A stretch of 64,000 nt of DNA from Minisyncoccota bacterium (GTDB taxonomy: Bacteria > Patescibacteriota > Minisyncoccia > Phycocordibacterales > BOKC01), in contig CP129473.1 of the NCBI GenBank assembly GCA_030583745.1, positions 362,887 to 426,886 on the forward strand. Direction: 5' to 3'. Below the pieces are notes generated by a model. That model was not told the DNA's origin. It did not search any database and worked only from the letters and a program-made list of their open reading frames with translations. How positions within the stretch are numbered: the first letter of the stretch is position 1; each line of letters begins with the position of its first letter. The translations under genes were made by a program, and so were the position numbers. Below, one piece after another: positions 10,100 to 19,447 of this stretch.

Positions 10100-10999
10100 C
10101 TATTTTTTGGGAACCATCACATAAAAATATTCCTCTTCGGTCGGTTCGGCAAAAACTGGTTTTATTACTCCGGCTACCCCACTCTCATCCGGCACAAATT
10201 CAATCTCGTCAGAAAAAGAATCTCTCAAATAATTTTTTACCTTGGAAAAGGCGTCAGAGTTTTCATTACTGTGAATTGGGATAGTCACAACTCCTCTCTC
10301 ATCTAATGTCAAAGAGGAAAAATTATTTTCTGCGACAGCATTATCTTTTTTTGCGATTTTATTTTTAGAACTCAAGAAAGAAAAGGATTTAGAAAATTTT
10401 TCAAAACCACTCTTCATAACAAATTTAAAATTATCCGAACCTCTTTTGACTGCATCTTTTATGGACGAGCTTGAAAATTCGGGATTCACAATTTTTATTA
10501 GATCAGTCGTCATGGATTGAAAACTATCAGCAACAATCGGCTCTCCTTTTTTCAAGACATTAGCAACATCAAAAACCAAGACAGAGACCGAAACAACAAC
10601 AAAAACTGCAATAAAAAAATTGGAGACTGTTCTTTGTAAAGAAAAGTTTCTAGCTAGTCGATCAGCTATTAAAGACTCACTTCTTAAAGATTGAAAAACT
10701 ATCTTTTGATTATCGTCAAAAAATCCTTCCGATTTCAGACTAGTTGTCTTGAGTTCTTTATTAGATACTTCACGGATAAGCGGGGACGATTTCTTCCTAC
10801 CTGATTTCAGGTGGTTAATAAGAGAGCTTTCTTCAACAAACCAAGTCCTGCTAACCAACCGACAATCCAGTTTACCTGCTCGACAAAGCTGTCCGAGATA
10901 ATCAGAATTATAGCCACTTTTTTTTGAAACTCGGCTAGCCGAGATATATTTCTTGCCTTCTAAATTTAACTCTTTTTCCACCACTAAATTATAATGCAA
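10100..10999 (-). CDS. Membrane protein with N-terminal HTH_17 (MerR/excisionase-type) DNA-binding motif, single TM and C-terminal extracytoplasmic region.
   Basis: KKYISASRVSKKSGYNSDYLGQLCRAGKLDCRLV resembles the HTH of 11290..11523. Hydrophobic stretch FFIAVFVVVSVSVLVF. Confidence 0.4.
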   Translation of the reverse strand: MHYNLVVEKELNLEGKKYISASRVSKKSGYNSDYLGQLCRAGKLDCRLVSRTWFVEESSLINHLKSGRKKSSPLIREVSNKELKTTSLKSEGFFDDNQKIVFQSLRSESLIADRLARNFSLQRTVSNFFIAVFVVVSVSVLVFDVANVLKKGEPIVADSFQSMTTDLIKIVNPEFSSSSIKDAVKRGSDNFKFVMKSGFEKFSKSFSFLSSKNKIAKKDNAVAENNFSSLTLDERGVVTIPIHSNENSDAFSKVKNYLRDSFSDEIEFVPDESGVAGVIKPVFAEPTEEEYFYVMVPKK

Positions 11000-11289
11000 A
11001 AAAGTCTTATCATTAAACTAAAAAAGAGATATCTGTGGATAAATCACCGAAGAAATATTTCTATTGGGTGTAGTAACAAAACAAACCAGATCTTTTAGAA
11101 AACACTGTAATTATCTTAAAAAATCACAGAACACCCTGAAGGTGTGATGTTACCCGACAGTAATCACCTGATCGATTGTCCTAGTCAATTAGTCAAACAA
11201 TTTAATATTTAGATTAAACATTAATAAACAATACTTATTGTGGATATTTTGATTGACAATCTTATTAAGGTTTTATAACCTATAATCAA

Positions 11290-11523
11290 ATGGAGAGAAA
11301 GTTTATAACTATAAAACAAGCATCTGATATTCTTGGAGTCTCAACCCTAACCCTTAGAAATTGGGACAAGAGTGGTAAGTTTAAAGCTCTAAGGCATCCA
11401 ATAAACAACTATCGGGTTTACGAATTGTCAGAAATAGAGAGATTAATTTCCGAGATGAAAAACGCCAACAACCAGAGATTCGGTAAACGGACGAAAAAAC
11501 TTGAAATAAAACACCTGGATTAA
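11290..11523 (+). CDS. Small HTH_17 / excisionase-family (MerR-like) DNA-binding protein.
   Basis: ITIKQASDILGVSTLTLRNWDKSGKFKALRH...YRVYELSEIERLI is a classic helix-turn-helix. Divergent from 10100..10999 across an AT-rich intergenic region. Confidence 0.7.
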   Translation: MERKFITIKQASDILGVSTLTLRNWDKSGKFKALRHPINNYRVYELSEIERLISEMKNANNQRFGKRTKKLEIKHLD

Positions 11524-12933
11524 TTAAACCAAGAGATCTAAGAATAAATCCTTCAAGACCTGCGGATTTCCAGCACCTCTAGTTTCTTTCATCCCTTGCC
11601 CTACCAAGTATTGTAAAACTGATTCTTTTCCACTCCTGTATTCCTCAACAACCTTTGGATTCTCTTCTATTATTTTTCGAACAATTTCTTTTAATTCTCC
11701 CTCGTCACTTTTCTGTAAAAGATTATTTTCTTCCGCGATCTTTTCTACATCGCCACCCTCGCCTACGAGAATTGCAAGAATATCTTTTGCACCACGCGAA
11801 GATATTTTATTTTCCTTGACCATCATCATTAATTTGATGAACTCAAGATGATCTATGTCTAAATCTACTCCCCGCTTCGCAAGCCCCACCATATCTGAAG
11901 TTATGTAGTTCACAGACAACTTTACGATTTCAACGTCACCAGAAAACTTTAAGATTTTTTGAAACAGACCATCAAAAAATTTATTGCGCGACTGGAGGAA
12001 AAAATTTATGTCTTCAGTTTTTAATCCCAAATCTTCATACCTGCCCCTTTTCTCCCAAGGCAATTCTGGAATTTCTTTAAGTAACAGTCCCCTATCAAAT
12101 TCTGGAATTTGGCTTATGTAGAGCTTAGGTAAATCTGGATCTGGAAAATATCGATAGTCGTGGGAAGACTCTTTCGCTCTTTGAACAAAGGTCTCTTCCT
12201 TTTTCTCGTCCCACCCTCTAGTTTCTTGTTGTACCCGACCCCCGCCTTCAAGCAGTTCAATTTGCCTTTTTATTTCATATTTAATTGCCTGCTCCACACT
12301 CTTGAAAGAGTTTAAATTCTTTACCTCAACCTTAACCCCAAGTTCTTTGCCAACACCAACAGAAATATTTGCTTCAATTCGCATTTCACCTTTTTCCATA
12401 TTGGAATCAGAGGCTCCGAGATACTGCAACAAAAGCTGTAATTCTTTAGCAAAAGCAGAAGCGTCTTCTGCCGAATGTATGACCGGTTCGGTAACAAGTT
12501 CCAAAAGAGGAAGCCCTGCTCGATTGAAGTCAACAAGACTGTATTCGCCACGCTCATGTAAGGATGTCGCCGTGTCTTCTTCAAGATGAATTCTTGTGAG
12601 ACTTATCTTGTTTATTTCCCCACCAGAAACCAGTGGATACTTATACTGACTTATTTGATAACCCTTTGGAATGTCTGGGTAAAAATAATTTTTTCGGTCA
12701 AACTCAGTAAAATCCGCAAGGTTTCCACCAACAGCAAGACCGACCTTCAAAACATGTTTGACGGCTTCTTTATTTATTGTCGGCAGAGTCCCCGGTTGTC
12801 CGGTGCAGATCGGACAAATATTTTTATTCGGCTCGGATTCATCCGGATTATTTTTGGAGTTGCAGAACATTTTAGTTTCCGTCTTCAACTCCGCATGGAT
12901 TTCCAAACCAATTGTTGGAATATAATTATTCAT
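11524..12933 (-). CDS. gatB: Asp-tRNA(Asn)/Glu-tRNA(Gln) amidotransferase subunit B.
   Basis: N-terminus PTIGLEIHAEL...CPICTGQPGTLP. GatB/YqeY C-terminus. Confidence 0.9.
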   Translation of the reverse strand: MNNYIPTIGLEIHAELKTETKMFCNSKNNPDESEPNKNICPICTGQPGTLPTINKEAVKHVLKVGLAVGGNLADFTEFDRKNYFYPDIPKGYQISQYKYPLVSGGEINKISLTRIHLEEDTATSLHERGEYSLVDFNRAGLPLLELVTEPVIHSAEDASAFAKELQLLLQYLGASDSNMEKGEMRIEANISVGVGKELGVKVEVKNLNSFKSVEQAIKYEIKRQIELLEGGGRVQQETRGWDEKKEETFVQRAKESSHDYRYFPDPDLPKLYISQIPEFDRGLLLKEIPELPWEKRGRYEDLGLKTEDINFFLQSRNKFFDGLFQKILKFSGDVEIVKLSVNYITSDMVGLAKRGVDLDIDHLEFIKLMMMVKENKISSRGAKDILAILVGEGGDVEKIAEENNLLQKSDEGELKEIVRKIIEENPKVVEEYRSGKESVLQYLVGQGMKETRGAGNPQVLKDLFLDLLV

Positions 12934-13184
12934 TATTTAGAACATCGCTACTGCGATATTCTAGCAAAGAGATGGAGTGCAACCAAACCTTCATTCTCAC
13001 AAAAGTACCGAAACAAAAAAGAGTGGGGGCTTAGGAACCGAGAATTTCAGCATGTTAGTTTATTTTTTTAAAATAAAAGCTGTATTTTTTTAATTTTGAA
13101 AAATTAGAGCCAACTCAAGAAAAACTTAAGGGAACCGTGAATTTAGTATGGGAGTTTTGAAATAAATATTAAGGTTTATTAATC

Positions 13185-14114
13185 TTATTTTTTGCTCTTT
13201 AACGCCTTTTTGGCAAGCTCGACAGCAGACTCTTTTGATTCAGCGACTACCAAAAAGAGCTTCTTATGGCAAAAGGAAGCCCCTTTCACACCACTAGCGA
13301 CTTCCAAATCCTCGCCTTTCAGGCCACCCCAAGACTGTGGAAAAGTCACCCTGCTTTCAAAGCCAAAACGATTTTTCTTGACTGTTGAGATGTTCCACCT
13401 TCCGTCACTACTAGGAAATATTACAAATTTTGGTTTTTTGAAATCAAACAAAAAATCCTTCCAAGGATAGTATTTATCAAAAATAATAATTTCTTTATTC
13501 TTGCTATTTTTATATGTCCTTAAAACTATTTTTTTAGCAATTAATACAGATTTGGTTTTTTTAATCTCTCTTAATAGTATTTTTTCAGCGACCCTAACAG
13601 CTTCGGCAAAAAGCCGATTTTGATCTTCGTCTTCGTTCCAGACCGAATTGAAAGACAAAATAAAGTTCGCTACTCTGTATGGACTAAAATCAAAAACCGG
13701 TTTGAGGATTTCAATACCATTATCTTCGGCGTCAATTGATTGAACTAGATTTTTGTCAATTTCTTTGGCAACAGAAGCATTGCCGCAAATTTTCGGACCA
13801 TATTTTTTCCAAACCAATCCGAAAGAAGCAAATGGTATACCATTTGATCTCTGGCCAGCACCAGTTGCTTGATGGTGGTCGAAGTTCCTCCGGCCGTCAT
13901 ATTTCATACCCACGTCAACCAAGATGTCCCCTTCTTTCATCAAATCTTCATCTCTAGTTCTAACAATTCTTATTTGACCTTTGAAGAAAATCTTCAAAAC
14001 AGCCACAGCGAAAACATCGTCAGCGTGAAAAGAACCGTTGTGAGTAATTACTATTTTTTTTTTGTTTTTTGATTCTCTCGCCATTTTAAAAACCGGAAAC
14101 GTCCATAAGAACAA
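13185..14114 (-). CDS. MYG1/UPF0160 family metal-dependent hydrolase.
   Basis: IVITHNGSFHADDVFAVA motif and NFDHHQ. Likely true start at M11 (~14084). Confidence 0.65.
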   Translation of the reverse strand: MFLWTFPVFKMARESKNKKKIVITHNGSFHADDVFAVAVLKIFFKGQIRIVRTRDEDLMKEGDILVDVGMKYDGRRNFDHHQATGAGQRSNGIPFASFGLVWKKYGPKICGNASVAKEIDKNLVQSIDAEDNGIEILKPVFDFSPYRVANFILSFNSVWNEDEDQNRLFAEAVRVAEKILLREIKKTKSVLIAKKIVLRTYKNSKNKEIIIFDKYYPWKDFLFDFKKPKFVIFPSSDGRWNISTVKKNRFGFESRVTFPQSWGGLKGEDLEVASGVKGASFCHKKLFLVVAESKESAVELAKKALKSKK

Positions 14115-14128
14115 AATAAATCTACTCC

Positions 14129-14800
14129 TTATTGGGGCTTTTCCTCCCCTGCGCCGTTCTTATTCCTTGAGACTCTTCGGAAAACAAAGACAGCAATTAC
14201 AAACACAACAACAAACAGACCGAATATTTCTATCCCACTTATCAAAGATGCATATTTATGATAGAAAGCATTAGCTTGCCAGCCCAATGGAGCTAACACC
14301 AACACCTTAACAAAAGTACCAAGAAAAGTAAAAAACAAGTAAGAATAAATGTTAAACCTAATTAAGCCGCAGGTAAGAGATATTGAGAATGTCGGCACAA
14401 TCGGAAAAACACGGAGACCAAAAAGAACGGATTCATCCCAAAAACTATTCTCAAATTTTTTCTCAAGCTTTTCAACGTTCTTCCAAGATAAATTAAAAAA
14501 ACCGCCCCATTTATCCAAAATTGGCTTACCTAAAAAAAACCCAAGATAATAAATAAAAAGTGAGCCGATCGTAACCCCCAAAGCCGCCGGAACTGCTAAA
14601 GTAAAAATAAGTTTTTGAAAAAAAATTACTGAAATATTTTCTGGTAGAAAAAGAAAACCGGAAGAAAAAACTACAACCGGAGTTGAGATCGGCGGAATAA
14701 TCTGGGCAAAAAAGGTTGCCATAAAAACCCCAAGACCACCGAGCGGTAAAAAAATATTTTGAACTAAATTTATGGCAGACTCTAAAAATCCCGATATCAT
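14129..14800 (-). CDS. DedA/VTT-domain (SNARE-associated) membrane protein.
   Basis: Multi-TM. YYLGFFLGKPILDKWG...FPIVP motif pattern typical of DedA. Confidence 0.6.
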   Translation of the reverse strand: MISGFLESAINLVQNIFLPLGGLGVFMATFFAQIIPPISTPVVVFSSGFLFLPENISVIFFQKLIFTLAVPAALGVTIGSLFIYYLGFFLGKPILDKWGGFFNLSWKNVEKLEKKFENSFWDESVLFGLRVFPIVPTFSISLTCGLIRFNIYSYLFFTFLGTFVKVLVLAPLGWQANAFYHKYASLISGIEIFGLFVVVFVIAVFVFRRVSRNKNGAGEEKPQ

Positions 14801-15270
14801 TTTAATATTTCCATACTCTTGTCTATTATGTTTTCTTCATCAGCAAAGATAAACTTACCCCTGAATTTCCGACCGGCAAAAAACAAAGGCAACCAATAAA
14901 CGTCGTCCGGCCACATTTGTCGAAACGGTATTTCGTCTAGAAAAAACCACTTCGGCTTCATCTCTTCAGTCTCCCTCTCTTCTCCGGAAAATTCAAATAC
15001 CTTAAAAACACTAACCTTCGATTTCTCCCCAGTATTTTTGAATTCAAAAAACAACTCTCCAACCTCTTCTATCTTTAAAGGTTCAATTCCAACCTCTTCT
15101 AAAAGCTCCCTTTTAACTGATTCTTCAATTGATTCTCCATCTTCCACCTTACCGCCAAAACCATTCCAACGACCAGCTCCAAATCCTCTTTTCTTATAAC
15201 CCAAAAGAACCCGCGGATGCTGATAAACTACAGCGAGAGTCAGAATCTTTTCTCCTGGTTTTGACATCAA
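14797..15270 (-). CDS. NUDIX hydrolase (MutT-like).
   Basis: Nudix box GGKVEDGESIEESVKRELLEEVGIE. 4-nt overlap with downstream DedA gene (operon). Confidence 0.8.
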   Translation of the reverse strand: MMSKPGEKILTLAVVYQHPRVLLGYKKRGFGAGRWNGFGGKVEDGESIEESVKRELLEEVGIEPLKIEEVGELFFEFKNTGEKSKVSVFKVFEFSGEERETEEMKPKWFFLDEIPFRQMWPDDVYWLPLFFAGRKFRGKFIFADEENIIDKSMEILK

Positions 15271-15316
15271 AATATTTTACCACCCTTTTCAAAATTTAAG
15301 TGGAGTAATTATAAAT

Positions 15317-17800
15317 TTAACTGCCGTGACACTTTTTATATTTTTTACCACTCCCACACGGACAGGGGTCATTCCTACCAACTTTTTCGTCTGTCGATTT
15401 TTTTCCGGTTTTTTTTGAACTTGAGTCAACAGAAGAAGATTCCGGCCCAGACAATATTAATTTACTAGGAGATGGTTTCGGAGAAGTGGTCGTCTGCGTG
15501 TTAACTGATGAAATCGCGGAAAAAACTTGTTCTTTCAAAGTTCTTTCCATTTCTTTAAACATCCTCAGACCTTCTTTTTTATACTCAACTAAAGGATCTC
15601 TTTGCCCATAAGCGCGCAGATTAACACTCGACCGTAAATAATCCATTGCCTCCAAATGATCAACCCAAAGAAAATCAATACCTTGCAAGACTAGAGATCG
15701 AACCGATAGGAAAAAAGCTTCTTCGCCGAGTTCCTGCTTTTTCTTAGCTGAAACATCACCAACTTCCGGGGCAACTTCCGCAACACTACCTAGAAATTCA
15801 TCTATAAATTGCCTGTCTCCGGAGAGAATTTTTCGGCGTCTGTCATAGACGATTTTTCTCTGAAAATTTAAAACGTCGTCATATTCCAAGACATGTTTTC
15901 TGGCATCAAAATTAAATCCTTCTATTTTGGTTTGAGCCGTCTCAAGAGATCTTGTTATAAGGCGATTTTCAATCGGCTCATCTTCAGCAATTCCCATTCT
16001 ACCCATCAGTTTCTTGACTGTATCTTTGGCAAAGACCCTCATCAATGAATCCTCAAGAGAAACAAAAAACTGTGTTTCTCCAGGATCTCCTTGTCTTCCG
16101 GAACGTCCTCGAAGTTGATTATCAATTCTTCTGGCTTCGTGACGTTCAGTGCCAAGCACAAAAAGCCCACCAAGATTTTTGATTTCCTCGGAATTTTCTG
16201 GGGTTCCCGGGTTACCGCCTAATTTAATATCGACCCCACGACCAGCCATGTTGGTCGCAATCGTTACTCCACCACGCCGACCGGCCTGGGCGATAATTTC
16301 ACCTTCGCGCTCATGATTCTTAGCGTTTAGAATCTCGTGTGGCACACCGGACGTCCTCAAATATTCGGAAATCATTTCATTTTTCTCTATAGAAATGGTA
16401 CCGATCAAAACCGGCTGACCTTTCTGATGAAGTTCTTTAACTTTTCTAGCAATAGCTTGAAGCTTTCCTTTCTCTGTCTGGAAAATTAAATCGTTTCGGT
16501 CAATCCTTTTCGATGGTCTGTTGGTCGGAATAGCAATCGTATTCAAACCATAAACTCTGAAAAACTCTTCCTGCGAGGTTAAGGCAGTTCCAGTCATTCC
16601 GGAAAGTTTTTTGTACATTCTGAAATAATTTTGGAAAGTAATTGAGGCGAAAGTTCTTGATTCTTGTTGGATCCGCACACCTTCTTTAGCTTCTATGGCC
16701 TGATGAAGTCCGCCAGACCAACGTCTCCCGGGTTGAAGTCGACCGGTGAAGTGATCAACAATTATTATTTCTCCCTCTTTCACAACATAATCCACGTCCC
16801 TCTCAAAGAGAGCTTTAGCTTTTACAGCGTTTTCCAGATGATGCACGAGTTTTATACCTTCGTCGGTATAGATATTCTTAACACCTAAAAGTTTTTCGGC
16901 TTTATCTATCCCTTTGTCGGTCAAAGTGATAGCTTTAAGTTTTTCATCAACTTCAAAATCTTCATCGCGCTTCATCTGCCTTACCAATCCGGAAAAAGTT
17001 CGATACAAATTTTCGGCCTCTCCAGATGGAGCGGAGATTATAAGCGGGGTTCTGGCTTCGTCTATGAGGATTGAGTCGACCTCATCGACAATTGCATAAT
17101 TGAAGTCCCTTTGTCTAACATTTTGCAAATCATACTCCAAATTGTCCCGTAGATAATCAAAACCAAATTCGTTGTTAGTGCCGTAAGTAATGTCTGCCAA
17201 ATAGGCGTCCTTTCGACCGCAGGGCTTTAAAAATTCATGAACAACTTTAAAACCTCCGACTTCATCTCTTTTTTCATCAAGTTTTTTTTCATCATCTTTA
17301 TGCGCCGGATCATAGAGATAACTTGCATCATGATTAATACAACCGACACTCATGCCTAAAAAATCATAAATCTGACCCATCCAAACTGCGTCTCTTCTGG
17401 CAAGATAATCATTCACAGTCACCACATGAACACCCCTACCACTAATAGCGTTTAAATAAGCCGGCAGTGTTGCAACAAGAGTTTTACCTTCACCAGTTTT
17501 CATCTCAGCAATATCCCCCTGATGTAAAACAACCCCGCCAATCAACTGAACGTCAAAATGTCTTTGATTCGAAACTCTTTTAGCGGATTCTCGAACAGCG
17601 GCAAAAGCTTCGGGCAACAAATCATCCAAAGTCTCTCCTTGACTAAGGCGATTCTTAAATTCCGCGGTTTTTAATTTCAGCGCGTCGTCTGAAAGTGAGG
17701 AAAAATGGCTCTCTAAAGAGTTTATTTTTTCGATCTTCGGCAGAATTTTCTTTATAATTTTTCCGCTCTCGTCACCCAAAATCTTCTTTAAAAACGGCAT
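15317..17800 (-). CDS. secA: Preprotein translocase ATPase SecA.
   Basis: Full-length SecA signature (DEAD motor, C-terminal Zn finger CPCGSGKKYKKCHG). ORF-track start 17857 trimmed to MPFLKKILG at 17800. Confidence 0.9.
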   Translation of the reverse strand: MPFLKKILGDESGKIIKKILPKIEKINSLESHFSSLSDDALKLKTAEFKNRLSQGETLDDLLPEAFAAVRESAKRVSNQRHFDVQLIGGVVLHQGDIAEMKTGEGKTLVATLPAYLNAISGRGVHVVTVNDYLARRDAVWMGQIYDFLGMSVGCINHDASYLYDPAHKDDEKKLDEKRDEVGGFKVVHEFLKPCGRKDAYLADITYGTNNEFGFDYLRDNLEYDLQNVRQRDFNYAIVDEVDSILIDEARTPLIISAPSGEAENLYRTFSGLVRQMKRDEDFEVDEKLKAITLTDKGIDKAEKLLGVKNIYTDEGIKLVHHLENAVKAKALFERDVDYVVKEGEIIIVDHFTGRLQPGRRWSGGLHQAIEAKEGVRIQQESRTFASITFQNYFRMYKKLSGMTGTALTSQEEFFRVYGLNTIAIPTNRPSKRIDRNDLIFQTEKGKLQAIARKVKELHQKGQPVLIGTISIEKNEMISEYLRTSGVPHEILNAKNHEREGEIIAQAGRRGGVTIATNMAGRGVDIKLGGNPGTPENSEEIKNLGGLFVLGTERHEARRIDNQLRGRSGRQGDPGETQFFVSLEDSLMRVFAKDTVKKLMGRMGIAEDEPIENRLITRSLETAQTKIEGFNFDARKHVLEYDDVLNFQRKIVYDRRRKILSGDRQFIDEFLGSVAEVAPEVGDVSAKKKQELGEEAFFLSVRSLVLQGIDFLWVDHLEAMDYLRSSVNLRAYGQRDPLVEYKKEGLRMFKEMERTLKEQVFSAISSVNTQTTTSPKPSPSKLILSGPESSSVDSSSKKTGKKSTDEKVGRNDPCPCGSGKKYKKCHGS

Positions 17801-17850
17801 AATTGAGAATTCTAGCATAATTCCGTCTTCTAATATAGACAATACAAAAA

Positions 17851-17878
17851 CTCCCACGCTTCTGGCGTGGGAGTTTTT
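17851..17878. terminator. Bidirectional rho-independent-type hairpin (ctcccacgc-ttctg-gcgtgggag) flanked by A- and T-runs.
   Basis: Seen in sequence between the small basic ORF and secA. Confidence 0.5.
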
Positions 17879-17893
17879 GAAAAGCTCGCCAAA

Positions 17894-18007
17894 CTATCTT
17901 CTTCTGCGAGTTGATCTTTTGGCTGGTCTCTTAGCTGTTCTTCTCTTGCTGGTTGTTCTCTTAGCAGTAGTTCTTCTTTTTGTTGTTCTTCTTTTTTTTG
18001 TTGCCAT
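17894..18007 (-). CDS. Possible very basic 37-aa peptide MATKKRRTTKRRTTAKRTTSKRRTAKRPAKRSTRRRR (Lys/Arg/Thr-rich).
   Basis: ATG-initiated sub-ORF of ORF-track 17894..18079. Followed by hairpin terminator. Low-complexity A-rich DNA, so may be spurious. Confidence 0.25.
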   Translation of the reverse strand: MATKKRRTTKRRTTAKRTTSKRRTAKRPAKRSTRRRR

Positions 18008-18189
18008 TTGATTATTGTTGGAAAGATTATTCCAACAACAATTACTTTTAAAAGATGTCTTGTTGATCTGGAAAAACAATTCAACAAGCTCCGACCTCTT
18101 TTAATTATCGTTCAAACAAAAATAAAAACAACAATTTAAATTTCAAAATTGGGGATAACTTACAAAAATAATTTCCAAACTTGCAAAAA

Positions 18190-19212
18190 TTAAAAATCAA
18201 ATTCACCAACTAAAATAATTTCTCTCTCCAAAGTAATTCCGGTTTTTTCTTTCACATCTTTAATTATCTTGTCAGTTGTATTTTTGATTTCAGAAGACAA
18301 AGCTTCACCAAGATTAACTACAACTAGCGGTTGGTCTTTAAAAAATTCGACCTGCCCAAAAATTTTTCCTCGAAGGTTGAAAACTTTATCCAAAATCCAA
18401 GCCGCCGGAATCTTAAACTCTCCGCTTTGGTTTTCAAAGTAAGGTAAATCCGGATAATTCTTTAGTATCGATTCCAATTTTTCTCTACTAACAATCGGAT
18501 TTTTAAAAAAAGACCCGGCAGTGCCAAACTTGTTAAGATCTGGAAACTTCCGACCTCTGATATAAAGGACTGCTTCTCTTACCTCTTTCAAGCTTGGCGA
18601 ACGATCCAAAAAATATTCTTTCAAGTCTTTATAAGACAAATTGGGTGCACCTTTTTTCTTTAAAGAAAAACAAACGCGGGTGATAATCAAACTCCCTACA
18701 CCCAACTCTTTAAAAATACTTCCTCGATAAGAAAAACGGCAATCCCCCTTGGAAAGTTTTTTGATTTTATTGTCTGCCCTATCAAAAACTTCAACCCAAG
18801 AAAGATGGTTTTTGATTTCGGATCCGTAAGCGCCGATGTTTTGGACTGGCGCCGCTCCAACCGTGCCGGGAATTCCGGACAAATTTTCCAAACCATAAAG
18901 ACCCCTTGAGACTGATTGTTCAACAAGTTTGTCCCAAGACTCACCAGCTGAAGCCACAACATCAATCTCCTCGTCACGTCCTAACCATTCAATTCCCTTG
19001 AGACTGATTTTTATAACAAGACCCGGAAAACCGTTGTCCGAGACTAGAATGTTTGAACCGCCACCTAAAACAAGAACCGGCAATCCTTTCTCTTTGGCAA
19101 ATTGAAGTACGTCTGGCAATTCATCTACCAAATTTATCTCTGCGAAATATCTTGCTTCGCCACCTGTTTTAAAAGTATTGAAAGATTTAAGAGATACGTT
19201 TTCCTTTATCAT
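18190..19212 (-). CDS. murB: UDP-N-acetylenolpyruvoylglucosamine reductase.
   Basis: FAD-binding N-terminus LKSFNTFKTGGEARYF...LVLGGGSNIL. Start trimmed to MIKENVSL (19212); ORF-track extension to 19407 covers leader hairpins. Confidence 0.85.
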   Translation of the reverse strand: MIKENVSLKSFNTFKTGGEARYFAEINLVDELPDVLQFAKEKGLPVLVLGGGSNILVSDNGFPGLVIKISLKGIEWLGRDEEIDVVASAGESWDKLVEQSVSRGLYGLENLSGIPGTVGAAPVQNIGAYGSEIKNHLSWVEVFDRADNKIKKLSKGDCRFSYRGSIFKELGVGSLIITRVCFSLKKKGAPNLSYKDLKEYFLDRSPSLKEVREAVLYIRGRKFPDLNKFGTAGSFFKNPIVSREKLESILKNYPDLPYFENQSGEFKIPAAWILDKVFNLRGKIFGQVEFFKDQPLVVVNLGEALSSEIKNTTDKIIKDVKEKTGITLEREIILVGEFDF

Positions 19213-19220
19213 AAAACAAC

Positions 19221-19297
19221 GCCAAGTCATGACCGGCCGCTGCGAGCTCCAAAACAAATGTCTTATATGAGTGCTAACGGCCGGCCATGACTTGGCA
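19221..19297. repeat. GC-rich 19-bp inverted repeat (gccaagtcatgaccggccg / cggccggccatgacttggc, 18/19 match) with ~39-nt spacer, immediately upstream of the murB start.
   Basis: Seen in sequence. GC-rich in an AT-rich context. Confidence 0.6.
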
Positions 19298-19352
19298 CAG
19301 TCATTATAGTATAACAAAACAAGCATAAACGAACAAAAGGGTACGAAAAACC

Positions 19353-19380
19353 CGCCGTGAAGCGGGGTTTTCGCAGACAT
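19353..19380 (-). terminator. Rho-independent terminator (aaaacccgc-cgtgaa-gcggggtttt) downstream of the 19448..21625 gene.
   Basis: GC stem flanked by A/T runs. Confidence 0.55.
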
Positions 19381-19447
19381 TCGTTTATTTTGGAGTGCGC
19401 TACGCACTCACACTTCTCTAGTATATCAGAAAACAAAAAAAATGCAA

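Noticed and set aside
12586-13071. 161-aa plus-strand ORF
   Set aside because: Lies antisense within the 5' part of gatB and the AT-rich intergenic region; low-complexity translation; no support.
17830-18087. 85-aa ORF (QQKKEEQQKEELLL...)
   Set aside because: Alternative frame of A-rich low-complexity DNA overlapping secA start region; no signals.
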